A stretch of 32,000 nt of DNA, taken from contig CAYZSS010000007.1 of NCBI GenBank assembly GCA_964480435.1, positions 1 through 32,000 on the forward strand. Reading direction: 5' to 3'. Every line of letters begins with the position of its first letter. Position 1 is the stretch's first letter. Positions 12,271-19,488 of the stretch are shown here, in pieces. Source of the stretch: an uncultured archaeon (GTDB lineage Archaea; Iainarchaeota; Iainarchaeia; Iainarchaeales; 0-14-0-20-30-16). A program made the translations under genes and the position numbers. Under the pieces are notes generated by a model. It was given only the letters and a program-made list of their open reading frames with translations. It ran no database searches and had not been told where the DNA came from.

Positions 12271-12513
12271 ATGAATACGCAAATAAGTCTGAAGTTATCT
12301 GATAAACTATTTGATTTAGCTAGAGAATATTCTGAAGAAAAAGGTTATACAAATATGCAAGAATTTATCAGGGAACTAATAAGAGAAAAACTATTTGAAA
12401 AGGAACAGGTATCTGGGGTTTGCACTTCTTTGGCAAGCGAAAAAGCTTTAGCAAAAAATTGGCTTAATAAGGAGGAAGATAAGGCTTGGGCACATTTACA
12501 AAAGGTGAAATAG
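12271..12513 (+). CDS. Ribbon-helix-helix (CopG-like) antitoxin of the MazF/PemK-like toxin
   Basis: 80 aa. N-terminal beta-strand plus two helices (ISLKLSDKLFDLAREYSEEKGYTNMQEFIRELIREKL). Overlaps the downstream toxin gene. Confidence 0.7.
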   Translation: MNTQISLKLSDKLFDLAREYSEEKGYTNMQEFIRELIREKLFEKEQVSGVCTSLASEKALAKNWLNKEEDKAWAHLQKVK

Positions 12514-12824
12514 TATTATTTCCGTTTCCTTATACTGATCAGAGTTATCAAAAATTACGCCCTTGCCTTGTAGTGTCTAATGAAATGAAAAACGATGTTT
12601 TGTTGTGCCAAATAACATCACAAAACATTAGTAAAGATTCTTATTCTATAGAACTAGGAAAAAATGAAACTGAAAATGGCTCTTTGTTAATTGATAGTTA
12701 TATTAGAGCAAATATGCTTTTTACTGCTGATAGCTCGCAGATAGTGAAAAAAATATGCAACATAAAAACATCAAAATATTCCTTAGTAGTAAAAAAGATA
12801 ATTGAAATTATATCAAAAACTTGA
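12486..12824 (+). CDS. PemK/MazF-family type II toxin (endoribonuclease)
   Basis: GEIVLFPFPYTDQSYQKLRPCLVVSN...LLCQITSQ...IRANMLFT is a typical PemK/MazF SH3-like barrel pattern. TTG start overlaps the antitoxin by 28 nt. Confidence 0.8.
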   Translation: MGTFTKGEIVLFPFPYTDQSYQKLRPCLVVSNEMKNDVLLCQITSQNISKDSYSIELGKNETENGSLLIDSYIRANMLFTADSSQIVKKICNIKTSKYSLVVKKIIEIISKT

Positions 12825-12831
12825 GTAAGCG

Positions 12832-13278
12832 ATGTTTATGATTACTGTAAAAATAGCAGAAACTAAAGAAGAAATAGAACAGGCTTTTATGATAAGGGAA
12901 GAAGTCTTTATCAAAGGCCAAAATATACCAAGAGAAATAGAAATGGATGGTTTAGATAAAGACGCAATTCAGATAATATTATATTACTCTAATTCAAAAG
13001 AAAAAAATAAGCCTGTTGGTTGCGGTAGAATTAGAATAATAGGTAAGAACGCAAAGTTAGAAAGGGCTGCAGTCCTAGAAAGCTTTAGGGCACAAGGGTT
13101 TGGGAAAGAAATTATAAAATATATGGTTAAGTATGCAAAAGAAAAAGGCTACAAAGAAATCTATCTGAATGCACAATACCATCTGTTAGACTATTATAAG
13201 AAACTTGGATTCAAAGAAGTAGGAGAGCCCTTTGAAGAAGCAGGAATAAAGCATATAAAACTGGTTCTTGTACAATAA
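12832..13278 (+). CDS. GNAT N-acetyltransferase (ElaA/YjcF-like)
   Basis: IREEVFIKGQNIP...E.D..D, GCGRIR, acetyl-CoA motif RAQGFGKEIIKYMVKYAKEKG, and YYKKLGFKEVGEPFEEAGIKHIKL. Confidence 0.8.
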   Translation: MFMITVKIAETKEEIEQAFMIREEVFIKGQNIPREIEMDGLDKDAIQIILYYSNSKEKNKPVGCGRIRIIGKNAKLERAAVLESFRAQGFGKEIIKYMVKYAKEKGYKEIYLNAQYHLLDYYKKLGFKEVGEPFEEAGIKHIKLVLVQ

Positions 13279-13309
13279 AGAATATAAACTAGTTTAGTTA
13301 TTTCTTTTT

Positions 13310-13918
13310 ATGCTTGGAATTGCTAGTATTACTTTGGTGGATTTTTTAACAAAACTAAAACCTTTGATTTGGTTTACTATTGGAATTGTCATTTACTCTA
13401 TATTTATTTTTAAGTTTTATAGGTTTGTAGCAAGAAGAGATATCTTTAGCTTAAATCTGGGTAAGTATAATAATCGTGATAGGGGATTCTTTTTTTACGT
13501 TTTTGAAGTATTTTTTTATCTTTTGGAACACATTCTGATTTTGCCGATATTTATCTTTTTTTGGTTTATTGTATTTGTAGTATTAATTTCATTTTTAACT
13601 GATAGTTTAACTGCGGTAAACGTTTTAGTTGTTGCAATGTCTTTAGTTGCATCAATCAGGGTAACTGCTTATATTACTGAGGATTTATCTAAGGACTTAG
13701 CAAAAATGTTGCCTTTTGCATTATTAGGCATTTTTTTAATTGATATTAATTTTTATTCTTTATCTCATGCACTATCTATTATTACTTCTCTTCCAGCATT
13801 ATGGCTTAATATGGTTTACTATTTTGTATTCATAATCGCCTTAGAACTGATATTAAGATTATTCCATGGTTTTATTAGTATACTTTCCTATAAAAAAGAA
13901 GAACCTGTTGAAGAATAA
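13310..13918 (+). CDS. Hypothetical integral membrane protein (about 5-6 TM helices)
   Basis: 202-aa ORF with repeated long hydrophobic segments and an acidic C-terminal tail (KKEEPVEE). No family recognised. Confidence 0.5.
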   Translation: MLGIASITLVDFLTKLKPLIWFTIGIVIYSIFIFKFYRFVARRDIFSLNLGKYNNRDRGFFFYVFEVFFYLLEHILILPIFIFFWFIVFVVLISFLTDSLTAVNVLVVAMSLVASIRVTAYITEDLSKDLAKMLPFALLGIFLIDINFYSLSHALSIITSLPALWLNMVYYFVFIIALELILRLFHGFISILSYKKEEPVEE

Positions 13919-13933
13919 TTTTTGTGTGATGTT

Positions 13934-14020
13934 ATGGAAATAGAAGTAGATTATACTCCAAGCCCTAGAGACCACTTCTTTATATCAATAAAACTAGGGG
14001 GAAATAAATATGATTATTGA
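13934..14020 (+). other. 28-codon ORF resembling the N-terminus of the next gene (possible remnant of a duplicated 5' end, or an upstream ORF)
   Basis: MEIEVDYTPSPRDHFFISIKLGGNKYDY compared with MIIEIDPNPSNSKNKNNYFISVKLNKKKW at 14010. It overlaps the ATG of the next gene in another frame. Confidence 0.3.
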
Positions 14021-14450
14021 AATAGATCCTAATCCCTCAAATTCAAAAAATAAGAATAACTATTTTATTTCTGTTAAATTAAACAAGAAGAAGTGGCTAT
14101 CATTTGACAATACAACTAAAGGGCACAGAATCATGATGCAAGTATTAAAAGAAATTAAACCTCAACCAAAAAATAAGAAAATTAATGGCAAATGGGATGT
14201 ATTAATAATCAAAAATAGAAAACTTATTGATAAATACAAAGTAAAATGGATTGATATGGATAAGTTAGATTGGATCAATGATGAAATTTGGGATACTGTT
14301 TGGACAAAGCCAATAACAAAAACCGTTTCAGATAAACTGTTGAAGTATTCACAATTTGTTTCTGATAATTATCAAGAGCTATATAAACACAAAGATAAAA
14401 TGAAAGAGTTTGAATCTTTTTTGAAAGAAATAATGAAAACGTATTGCTAA
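14010..14450 (+). CDS. Hypothetical protein (146 aa, Lys/Trp-rich)
   Basis: Intact ORF with a G-rich SD (TAGGGGGAA) 7 nt upstream. No recognisable motif. Confidence 0.5.
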   Translation: MIIEIDPNPSNSKNKNNYFISVKLNKKKWLSFDNTTKGHRIMMQVLKEIKPQPKNKKINGKWDVLIIKNRKLIDKYKVKWIDMDKLDWINDEIWDTVWTKPITKTVSDKLLKYSQFVSDNYQELYKHKDKMKEFESFLKEIMKTYC

Positions 14451-14456
14451 CTGCTG

Positions 14457-14463
14457 TTTTTTT
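14457..14463 (+). terminator. T7 tract just after the 14010-14450 gene
   Basis: ctgctgTTTTTTTgg lies 7 nt after the stop codon. Archaeal terminators are oligo-T tracts. Confidence 0.35.
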
Positions 14464-14475
14464 GGCAATAACACC

Positions 14476-14508
14476 ATATTAATATAAAGTTAATGTTATA
14501 TTAATATA
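14476..14508. promoter_or_regulatory. Two copies of the perfect palindrome ATATTAATAT, 22 bp apart, upstream of the RelBE-like pair (candidate operator and TATA region)
   Basis: ATATTAATAT occurs at 14476-14485 and 14498-14507. SD AAGGTGG and ATG 14525 follow. Confidence 0.4.
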
Positions 14509-14524
14509 GTATTAAGGTGGTTTT

Positions 14525-14761
14525 ATGGTTCAAAGTATAATAAATATATCTTCTGATACAAATATGGTTCTAAATGTAATAAAAGCAAAATATGGCCTTA
14601 AAGATAAAAGTCAGGCAATAAATGTTATGGCTGAGCAATATAAAGAAAAATTGCTTGAGCCACAATATAAACCTGAATTTTTAGCAAAAATAAAAAAAAT
14701 CGAAAAAGAGAAAGGAATAAAGGTCAAAAGCTTTGCGAAAAGATATGGTTTAAGTGATTAA
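14525..14761 (+). CDS. Antitoxin of the RelE-like toxin (small archaeal DUF2683-like antitoxin)
   Basis: 78 aa. INISSDTNMVLNVIKAKYGLKDKSQAINVMAEQY resembles archaeal RelB-type partners. The stop lies 2 nt before the toxin ATG. Confidence 0.6.
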   Translation: MVQSIINISSDTNMVLNVIKAKYGLKDKSQAINVMAEQYKEKLLEPQYKPEFLAKIKKIEKEKGIKVKSFAKRYGLSD

Positions 14762-14763
14762 AG

Positions 14764-15045
14764 ATGTATTCTTTGTTTGTTAAACCCTACGCTGATAAAA
14801 TATTTAAAAAACTGGGTAGTAGGGATAAACAAGAACTAATTAATATTTATAAGAAAATAACACAAATACAGGAAAGTCCAAATCGGAATTATAATTTTTT
14901 ACATTCCCCATTACAAAGCTACCAACATGTTCATGTAAATAAAAGCTTTGTACTTATTTTCAAAATATTTCATAATAAAAAACAAGTAGAAATTTATTCT
15001 TATGAACATCACGATGATGTCTATCTTGGAAAATGGGTTGAATAA
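14764..15045 (+). CDS. RelE/ParE-superfamily type II toxin (mRNA interferase)
   Basis: 93 aa. ADKIFKKLGSRDKQELINIYKKITQIQESPN...HVHVNKSFVLIFKIFHNKKQVEIYSYEHHDDVY follows the RelE/YoeB pattern. Confidence 0.7.
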   Translation: MYSLFVKPYADKIFKKLGSRDKQELINIYKKITQIQESPNRNYNFLHSPLQSYQHVHVNKSFVLIFKIFHNKKQVEIYSYEHHDDVYLGKWVE

Positions 15046-15081
15046 AAAAGCTAAGAAAAATTAGTTGTGGTTTATTCAAGC

Positions 15082-16071
15082 TTAATCATATCTATTTGCA
15101 TTATCGTACCAAATAACTAAGAAAGATTTGTTTTTTACTTTTTTTGAAATCTCTAAAGTAATAGCTAATCCTGCTCTGGTACTTTTGCCATATTTTCTTT
15201 TTGGAATTGAATCCCAGTGTGGTAGACTTGGCGCGTTTTTAGAAGTAATTTTTTTGTAATTAGCATCTTGTTCTTTGTCACTTACTAAATACACATCATC
15301 AATTAAATTTTGATTTATTGCATGTGTAATATGTGGAAATATAATTCCTTGATAACTTGTACCTCTTAGTTTGTGTTTGGGTAAGGTGCCTGGTTTAATA
15401 CCATATTTTTTTTCATATTTTCCAGGATATAGTTGGTCATAAGCAACTGCGGATTGAAATGACTCAAACGCAACTATTTTTGCTCCTCTTTTTTTGAATA
15501 TTTTTCCAGGCCCTAAAATAGAAGAACCATTTCCTACTGCAGGAATATAATAATCGATTTTGTCTTTAGTTTCTTTTGCAATATTGCATAATGCATCTAA
15601 AGTTATTTGGTTGTCAGAAAACCCAGCATCTGTTTTTCTGCCCATAGAGTGGTTAAGATAAACAAATCCTTTGTCCCATGGTTTAAACTCTTTTAGAAAC
15701 TTTGGAAATCCAGCAATATAATCTTTTTCAGGTGTAAAATAAATCTTTGCTCCATAATCTGTAATCACTTTAATTATTGCCTTATCTATTCCTTTAGGAA
15801 TAGCAACATGCGCTTTATAGCCTAGCTCTTTTGCTATGCCCGCAAAAGATGCTCCAGCAGTTCCTGAAGATGTTTCAAACACTTTTGCCCCTTTTTTTAA
15901 AACTCCTGTTTTTTCATAATGTCGAAATAGTGCAAGGTATACTCTGTCGTAATGGCTTCCAAAAGGATTAGAACACTCTTTTTTTAGAAAGATCTTGTTG
16001 TTGTTTGGAACCTTGCCTTTATATTCTATTAGCGGGGTATTTCTTATTTTTGTTATACTGTTTTGTTCCAT
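15082..16071 (-). CDS. Fold-type II PLP-enzyme homologue (CysK/CBS/threonine-synthase-like) lacking the Schiff-base lysine
   Basis: LKKECSNPFGSHYDRV, ETSSGTAGASFAGIAKELGYKAHVAIP, AVGNGSSILG and KSTRAGLA are collinear with CysK motifs. The signature Lys position is Tyr41 (codon TAC, + strand 15949-15951). Confidence 0.7.
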   Translation of the reverse strand: MEQNSITKIRNTPLIEYKGKVPNNNKIFLKKECSNPFGSHYDRVYLALFRHYEKTGVLKKGAKVFETSSGTAGASFAGIAKELGYKAHVAIPKGIDKAIIKVITDYGAKIYFTPEKDYIAGFPKFLKEFKPWDKGFVYLNHSMGRKTDAGFSDNQITLDALCNIAKETKDKIDYYIPAVGNGSSILGPGKIFKKRGAKIVAFESFQSAVAYDQLYPGKYEKKYGIKPGTLPKHKLRGTSYQGIIFPHITHAINQNLIDDVYLVSDKEQDANYKKITSKNAPSLPHWDSIPKRKYGKSTRAGLAITLEISKKVKNKSFLVIWYDNANRYD

Positions 16072-16116
16072 ATTAAATCATACTGACAAACATTTAATAA
16101 AATTGTGCAAAAAGAA

Positions 16117-16854
16117 TTACTTTTTGGCAACTTTTGTCCAAAGGTATTTGAAATATGCCTTATAACTTTCTGCAATATCCTGGTTTTCTATGGCAAAAGC
16201 GAAAAGTTCTTTTCCATAAGAGTAATTAACTACTTTGTTGCCGTGAATGCCAATAACTACTGGGTTTGCGCTGAATTCTTTTGGTAAAAACTTTACTTCT
16301 TCGGAAACCCATGGCTTTATTTTGCCTTTCATTTCTGCACGTAGTATGTTGTAAAGCTTTATCCCTTTGGCTACTCTTTTTTTATTCCACATTGCAAAAA
16401 AAGAAGGATATTTTTTTGGAACATAACGTCCAGAACCAATCCAATAAATTTCTTTATAGTTTAAGGAATCATCCCAAATTGTTTTTATTCCTTCTTTGCC
16501 TCTAAAGATTTCTCCATTTATTGTTGGCTGGCAAGAATTAAATTTTTTAATTAGTTCAGGTATTTGTTTCTGTGCTTCTTTTTTAATTTTTACTAAATTG
16601 TTTTCCTTATCTTCAATATAACTTATGATTTTCTCTGGACTTGTTGTCTTAAATAATCTCTTTTTGTTTTCTTGTATATATGTAACTAGCCCCCGCTCAA
16701 TAAGTTTATTTAAAATATCATAAATGTTTCTTCGTTCAATACCTGTTTTTTCGTGGATTTTTGCTATGTTTGATAAACCTAGATCAAGCAATACAGAATA
16801 AACTTTTATTTCGCCTTTGGAAAGCCCAATTTTTGCTAATATTTCTATATCCAT
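16117..16854 (-). CDS. TrmB-family transcriptional regulator (paralogue 1)
   Basis: N-terminal winged helix: MDIEILAKIGLSKGEIKVYSVLLDLGLSNIAKIHEKTGIERRNIYDILNKLIERGLV. About 245 aa from ATG 16854. The longer ORF reaching 16914 has an implausible N-terminus. Confidence 0.8.
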   Translation of the reverse strand: MDIEILAKIGLSKGEIKVYSVLLDLGLSNIAKIHEKTGIERRNIYDILNKLIERGLVTYIQENKKRLFKTTSPEKIISYIEDKENNLVKIKKEAQKQIPELIKKFNSCQPTINGEIFRGKEGIKTIWDDSLNYKEIYWIGSGRYVPKKYPSFFAMWNKKRVAKGIKLYNILRAEMKGKIKPWVSEEVKFLPKEFSANPVVIGIHGNKVVNYSYGKELFAFAIENQDIAESYKAYFKYLWTKVAKK

Positions 16855-16898
16855 AATAAAAATTACTACCAAAATGTTTATAACTTTGGTGTTGTTAC

Positions 16899-16923
16899 AG
16901 TACCACAAATACATATATACTGC
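16899..16923. promoter_or_regulatory. Conserved 25-bp block AGTACCACAAATACATATATACTGC in the TrmB1/SBP divergent promoter
   Basis: 21/25 identical to 23441-23465, at the same distance (45 versus 44 nt) from the TrmB start codon. An A/T core overlaps the expected TATA position for the + strand gene. Confidence 0.45.
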
Positions 16924-16941
16924 TGGAGAGCCAGAGATATT

Positions 16942-17952
16942 ATGGACAAAAAAATCAAACTTTATCTTTCCCTCGGCATAATCTGTTTTGTGGTTATAAT
17001 GGGATTAATTATTATATTTGGTGTGACAAATAAACCACTATTTGCATTGACAACTGATAACAACTCAACAGAGGAAATTAGGCTGGCTTGGATGAATAGC
17101 TGGGCAGAAAGTGCAATACCTGCAATAACAATGGAACATACTGATTTTGCAAAAAATAATGGTTTAACTATAAATTATATGGGGTTTCAGTATGGCCCCC
17201 CTATGGTAGAGGCTGGGGTGGCTGGGAATGCAGATGTGTTGTTTGTGGGAATACTTCCCGCAATAAGTCTATTATCAGCATCTGATAATTGGGTTATAGT
17301 AGGTAGGTTAGGTTATTTTCAAAATTCTTTAGTTATAAGAGCGGATTTGAATATTAATTCCATATCTGAGTTAAAAGAAAAAAAGATTGCTTTGCCTGTG
17401 GCTACCGGTCCACATCCTGTGGTATATAAGTTGCTGCAAGATAATGGTTTAGACCCTGAGATAGATTTAACTTTGTTAAATATTAAACCCTCTGATATGG
17501 GGGTTGCATTTCAAACTAAACAAATAGATGCGGCATCTTGGGGGGAACCACTGGTAACAATATTTGCAAAAAATAAAATTGCTTATCCTCTTATTTCTTG
17601 GACAGATATTGCGGTAATAATTTTCAATAAATCATTTGTTGAAAAAAACCCAGAAGAAGTAAAATTATTTTTGAAATCTTTGAAAGAGTCTTTTTACTAT
17701 TTTTCACAAAATAGTGACGAGATTTTCAAAATAGCACCACAAGAAACCGTTTTTGATTACAACTTAATAAGAGAAATCACCTTAGTTGAACCAAACTATT
17801 TTGCAAAAAGTTTAGGAGATATTAACTTTGATATACCTAAAGACTGGATACCAATAATGCAACAAAAAGCAGATTTTGAATACAACGAAGGCTTTTTTAA
17901 AAAACTAGTTGATGTTAACAAAAATATTGATTTAAATTTTGTGCCTGAGTGA
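16942..17952 (+). CDS. ABC transporter substrate-binding protein, NMT1/THI5-like (SsuA/TauA/ThiY family)
   Basis: N-terminal membrane anchor. IRLAWMNSWAE...GFQYGPPMVEAGVAGNADVLFVGILPA... is typical of the nitrate/sulfonate/pyrimidine-precursor SBP family. Confidence 0.75.
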   Translation: MDKKIKLYLSLGIICFVVIMGLIIIFGVTNKPLFALTTDNNSTEEIRLAWMNSWAESAIPAITMEHTDFAKNNGLTINYMGFQYGPPMVEAGVAGNADVLFVGILPAISLLSASDNWVIVGRLGYFQNSLVIRADLNINSISELKEKKIALPVATGPHPVVYKLLQDNGLDPEIDLTLLNIKPSDMGVAFQTKQIDAASWGEPLVTIFAKNKIAYPLISWTDIAVIIFNKSFVEKNPEEVKLFLKSLKESFYYFSQNSDEIFKIAPQETVFDYNLIREITLVEPNYFAKSLGDINFDIPKDWIPIMQQKADFEYNEGFFKKLVDVNKNIDLNFVPE

Positions 17953-18704
17953 TATTTTTGCAAAAAATAATAAAAATAATAATTTCTATTTTTGCATTTT
18001 TGTTTTTGTGGCAGTTAGTGTCATTTTTGTCAAATAGTATTTTTTTGCCGGGCCCAATAAAAATAATTTATTTATGTTTTAATATGGTTGTTACTGGAGA
18101 AATATTCAAACATATGTTTTTAAGTGTAAGAAGAGTTGTCTTTGGCTTTTTGTGTGGATTACTTTTTGGTTTTATTACTGGGCTTATATTTGGGCTTACT
18201 GAATTAGGGGATTATTTTACTTCAATATTAGAAATATTTAGGCCTATTCCACCGATTGCTTGGATCCCTTTGGCTATTCTTTGGTTTGGAGTAGGGGATT
18301 CTTCATCAATATTTATTATTTTTATTGCTGCATTTTTTCCTGTATTTACAAATACTCTTTTTGGAATAAAATCCTTGCCAAAAATATATTCTTACATTGG
18401 AAAAAACTTATCACTAACAAAAATGCAAAAATTTTGCCATATTACTTTGCCTTTTGTTTTGCCATATTCTTTTGTTGGTAGCAGAGTAAGTTTAGGGTTA
18501 AGTTGGATGGTAGTAATTGCTGCGGAAATGATTTCTGCTAGCTTTGGGTTAGGTTATTTAATAGAAGTGAATAGGTCATTAATGAATACCGATTTAGTTA
18601 TTGCTACAATGTTATTTATTGGATTAACTGGTTTTTTGTTGAACAAAATTTTATCTTTAATAGAAAAAAAAGTAATTTATTGGAAGGGCGTTTCGCATGC
18701 TTGA
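17949..18704 (+). CDS. ABC transporter permease (SsuC/TauC/ThiX-like)
   Basis: Six hydrophobic segments, with an EAA-like loop region (GIKSLPKIYSYIGKNLSLTKMQKFCHITLP). GTGA overlap with the SBP stop. Confidence 0.8.
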   Translation: MIFLQKIIKIIISIFAFLFLWQLVSFLSNSIFLPGPIKIIYLCFNMVVTGEIFKHMFLSVRRVVFGFLCGLLFGFITGLIFGLTELGDYFTSILEIFRPIPPIAWIPLAILWFGVGDSSSIFIIFIAAFFPVFTNTLFGIKSLPKIYSYIGKNLSLTKMQKFCHITLPFVLPYSFVGSRVSLGLSWMVVIAAEMISASFGLGYLIEVNRSLMNTDLVIATMLFIGLTGFLLNKILSLIEKKVIYWKGVSHA

Positions 18705-19440
18705 TAAAAATATATTTCTTGCAGTAAATGAATTAAGCTATAGTTACAAAGATGCAGAAAAAAACAAAGTCTTTGAAAATATTTCTTTTGAGTTGAAAGG
18801 AAATGAAATAATCGCCATTTTAGGAAAAAATGGCTGTGGAAAAACAACTTTGTTTAATGTTATTGCAGGGTTTTTAAAACAGGATGGGGGGCAAATAAAG
18901 TATTCTAAAGAAATAAGAAAAAAATCGGTTGCGGTTGTTTTTCAAGAATATAGCCTCTTAGATTGGAAAACAGTTTTTGATAATGTTGCTTTGGGATTAG
19001 CTTCTAAAAAGTTAAATAAAGAAGGAATAGCAAAAATAGTAGACAAAAATTTAAAATTGTTTGATTTATGCAAATTAAAAAATAGGCTGCCTATGCAACT
19101 ATCTGGTGGTCAAAAACAAAGAGTGGCTGTAGCTAGGGCGTTTATTTCTGGGGCAGAAATATTATTATTAGATGAACCATTTAGCTCTTTAGATTATTAT
19201 GGGAAAAATAAGTTAGAAGATGATTTGTACAAAATAATCAGAAAAGAAAAAAAGGGGGCAATATTAATTACTCATTCTGTTGATGATGCTATTTTTTTTG
19301 CAGATCGGATTTTATTGATGAACTCCAAAGGAATTTATGGTATTGTAAATGTTAATCTGCTAAAACAAAGAACACAAGAAATAAAGACAAATAAAGCCTT
19401 TTTAAAGATAAAAAAAGAGGTTTTTATAAAAATGGTTTAG
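18697..19440 (+). CDS. ABC transporter ATP-binding protein (SsuB/TauB/ThiZ-like)
   Basis: Walker A GKNGCGKTT, signature LSGGQKQRVAVARA, Walker B LLLDEPFSSLD, H-loop ITHS. Overlaps the permease stop by 8 nt. Confidence 0.9.
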   Translation: MLDKNIFLAVNELSYSYKDAEKNKVFENISFELKGNEIIAILGKNGCGKTTLFNVIAGFLKQDGGQIKYSKEIRKKSVAVVFQEYSLLDWKTVFDNVALGLASKKLNKEGIAKIVDKNLKLFDLCKLKNRLPMQLSGGQKQRVAVARAFISGAEILLLDEPFSSLDYYGKNKLEDDLYKIIRKEKKGAILITHSVDDAIFFADRILLMNSKGIYGIVNVNLLKQRTQEIKTNKAFLKIKKEVFIKMV

Positions 19441-19488
19441 CTCTTACTTTACAAAAGTAATAAAAATTAAACTCTACTAAATGTAATT

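Noticed and set aside
12832-13278. The GNAT as a third component or GNAT-type toxin of the adjacent MazEF-like module.
   Set aside because: The sequence follows the ElaA/YjcF housekeeping-type GNAT pattern. It has no DUF1778/RHH partner of its own. Adjacency alone (7-nt gap) is not enough.
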